Shown here in pieces: positions 62,171 through 64,000 of a stretch of 64,000 nucleotides of DNA. The stretch is taken from positions 72,339 to 136,338 of the forward strand of contig CAWAGR010000025.1 of the NCBI GenBank assembly GCA_963781435.1, given 5' to 3'. The position numbers and the translations under genes are program-made. Under the pieces are notes generated by a model. The model had not been told where the DNA came from. It was given only the letters and a program-made list of their open reading frames with translations, and did no database searches. This stretch comes from an uncultured Actinomycetes bacterium. GTDB lineage: Bacteria; Actinomycetota; Thermoleophilia; Gaiellales; Gaiellaceae. The stretch's first letter is position 1, and each line of letters starts with the position of its first letter.

Positions 62171-62929
62171 AGCAGCCGCTTCTCGACAAGGAACTCGACC
62201 ACCGCCGCGGCGGTCTCGGCGCCGCCCTCGATCCGCCTGGTCTCGCCGCGCGGCGGCGGAGGGGCCACACCGAGCACCGTCGTCCGCGCCTCGCCGGCGC
62301 CGCCGACCTCGACTGCCGAGAGCGTCTCGTGCGGCTTCGACTTCGCGCCCATGATTCCCTTCAGCGACGGGTAACGCGGCTCGTTGATCGAGTCCGTCAC
62401 CGCCACGACCGCCGGCAGCGGCGCCCGCACGCGCTCGTAGCCGAGCTCGGTCTGCCGCCGCCCGATGACCGCACTCGGCTCGACCGTGAGCTCGGCCACC
62501 TGCGAGATCACCGGTAGACGAAGCAGCTCGGCGACCGCCGCCCACAGACAAGCGCCGTCGCCGTCGGCCGACTGCTGGCCGAAGAGCACCAGGTCGGCGT
62601 CCTCTCGCTCGAGCGCGCCGGCGAGCGCCCTCGCAGTCACGAGCAGGTCGGCGCCCGCGAACGCTTCGTCCGAGACGAGCACCGACCGGTCGGCACCCAT
62701 CGCGAGGGCCTTGCGCAGGGCGTCGGCCGCGCGCTCGCGGGCCGAGCGAGACGACCACGACCTCTCCTTCGCCGGCGGCCTCGCGGATGCGCAGCGCTTC
62801 CTCGAGCGCGTGCGAGTCGAACTCCGACAGCCCCAGCTCGCCGCTTCGGTCGAGACGCCCGGTCGACGGGTCCAGGCGCCTCCCGGTCGCCGCATCCGGG
62901 ACGGCCTTGAGGCAGACGGCGATCTTCAC
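62167..62929 (-). pseudogene. etfB: Electron transfer flavoprotein beta subunit; indel near 62738-62742
   Basis: [30 protein letters not shown]...LSEFDSHALEEALRI...VVVVSLGP, then the frame shifts to ERAADALRKALAMGADRSVLV...LVLFGQQSADGDGA (ORF 62167-62895). Confidence 0.88.
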
Positions 62930-63330
62930 GAGGCCGGCGAGGCGGCCAGACGCGACTGGAGGAACTCGACGATGTCGCCGGTCGGCGCACCGGGCGTGAA
63001 CACCTCGGCCACGCCGCGCCCCTTCAGCTCCTCGATGTCGTCGGCCGGAATCGTCCCCCCGAGGACGACCAGCACGTCGTCGGCGTCGCGCTCGCGGAGC
63101 AGGTCGAGGATCCGCGGCACCAGCGTCATGTGCGCGCCCGAGAGGATCGAGATGCCGATCGCGTCCGCGTCCTCCTGGATCGCCGTCTCCACGATCTGCT
63201 CCGGCGTCTGGTGCAGGCCGGTGTAGATGACCTCCATGCCGGCGTCGCGCAGCGCGCGGGCGATGATCTTCGCGCCCCGGTCGTGCCCGTCGAGGCCCGG
63301 CTTGGCGATCACGACACGGATCGTGCTCAT
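62926..63330 (-). CDS. Methylmalonyl-CoA mutase-type cobalamin-binding subunit (small, B12-binding domain)
   Basis: [63 protein letters not shown] (DxHxxG...SxL...GG pattern). Confidence 0.9.
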   Translation of the reverse strand: MSTIRVVIAKPGLDGHDRGAKIIARALRDAGMEVIYTGLHQTPEQIVETAIQEDADAIGISILSGAHMTLVPRILDLLRERDADDVLVVLGGTIPADDIEELKGRGVAEVFTPGAPTGDIVEFLQSRLAASPAS

Positions 63331-63370
63331 GGGCGAGAGCCTAGAACACGCGTGACCCTAGGAGACCGGA

Positions 63371-64000
63371 CTAGAACACGGGGGTCTCCCGCCAGACCCC
63401 CCACTCCTCGCGGAGCGCGTCGCACATCTCGCCCATCGTCGCGTAGACGCGCGAGGCGTCGAGGATCGCCGGCATCAGGTTGACGTCCTCGCGCGCGGCC
63501 TCCTCGCGCAGACGCCCGAGCGCCCGCTCGACGGCGCTCGAGTCGCGTCGGGCCCGCAGCGCCTGCACGCGCTCGACCTGCTGCGACTCGAGCGCCGGGT
63601 CGATCTTCAGGAGCCCCGGCGCCTCGCCGTCCGCCGAGACGTACCGGTTGACGCCGACGACGACGCGCTGCTCGCTCTCGACCTCGCGCTGGTAGCGGAA
63701 GGCCGCGTCGGCGATCTCGCGCTGGAAGAAGTTCTGCTCGATCCCCGCGAGCACGCCGCCCAGCTGCTCGATCCGCTCGAAGTAGTCGTACGCCTGCCGC
63801 TCGAGCTCGCCGGTCAGGTGCTCGACGTAGTACGAGCCGCCGAGCGGGTCGATCGTGTTGACGACGCCGGTCTCGTGGGCGATCACCTGCTGCGTGCGCA
63901 GCGCGAGTCGCACCGCGTGCTCGCTCGGCAACGCGAGGGCCTCGTCGAACGAGTTCGTGTGCAGCGACTGCGTGCCGCCGAGCACCGCCGCGAGAGCCTC
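63371..64000 (-). CDS. Methylmalonyl-CoA mutase-family large (catalytic) subunit, C-terminal part only (5' end outside the window)
   Basis: [57 protein letters not shown]...[26 protein letters not shown]. Confidence 0.88.
   Translation of the reverse strand, partial: EALAAVLGGTQSLHTNSFDEALALPSEHAVRLALRTQQVIAHETGVVNTIDPLGGSYYVEHLTGELERQAYDYFERIEQLGGVLAGIEQNFFQREIADAAFRYQREVESEQRVVVGVNRYVSADGEAPGLLKIDPALESQQVERVQALRARRDSSAVERALGRLREEAAREDVNLMPAILDASRVYATMGEMCDALREEWGVWRETPVF

Overview
This is a high-GC (~70%) chromosomal segment. Its gene content and order fit a Gram-positive/actinobacterial-type genome: comF-hpf-secA-prfB-ftsEX, rnr...smpB-ssrA, and rpmE-prfA-prmC-tsaC-glyA-upp-GT4-atp. All family calls come from reading motifs in the supplied translations; no searches were run. 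About 60 protein genes plus one tmRNA are supportable. From 64 kb down to 25.7 kb almost every gene is on the minus strand, often with 1-8 nt start/stop overlaps (GTGA/ATGA). Content is mostly housekeeping: trans-translation (ssrA, smpB, rnr), secretion and division (secA, ftsEX), release factors (prfA, prfB with its +1 frameshift site, prmC), F1Fo ATP synthase, SAM/C1 metabolism (metH, ahcY, mtnA, glyA), electron-transfer flavoprotein plus ETF-QO, methylmalonyl-CoA mutase, a sugar-nucleotide/LCP envelope cluster, a peptide-type ABC transporter, a PspC/LiaF-like two-component module, and a DtxR-controlled multicopper-oxidase/ZIP pair. No integrase, transposase, CRISPR, rRNA, canonical tRNA or recognisable defence system was seen. 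Main observations: (1) A 26-bp copy of the ssrA 3' end lies 1.2 kb from the intact tmRNA gene, bracketing a broken aquaporin gene (att-like island remnant). (2) The atp operon is split between atpG and atpD by a 6.7-kb block (ABC transporter plus orphan zf-HC2 protein) flanked by a 15-bp direct repeat. (3) A DtxR-family regulator sits divergent from a Tat-signal two-domain multicopper oxidase, which is translationally coupled to an N-terminally extended ZIP transporter, with a palindromic AT-rich operator between them. (4) Three paralogous secreted proteins of unknown function flank metH. (5) A 152-nt rod-like imperfect hairpin lies between ftsX and rnr. (6) mtnA is translationally coupled to a nucleotidyltransferase. 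(7) Short tandem duplications sit on several start and stop codons. Caveat: roughly 35 single-base indels break about 19 conserved genes, including rpmE, atpB, prfA, glyA and ahcY. They cluster in hot spots and often fall in G/C runs, so I read them as sequence-quality artefacts rather than real pseudogenes. The boundaries of those genes are approximate.
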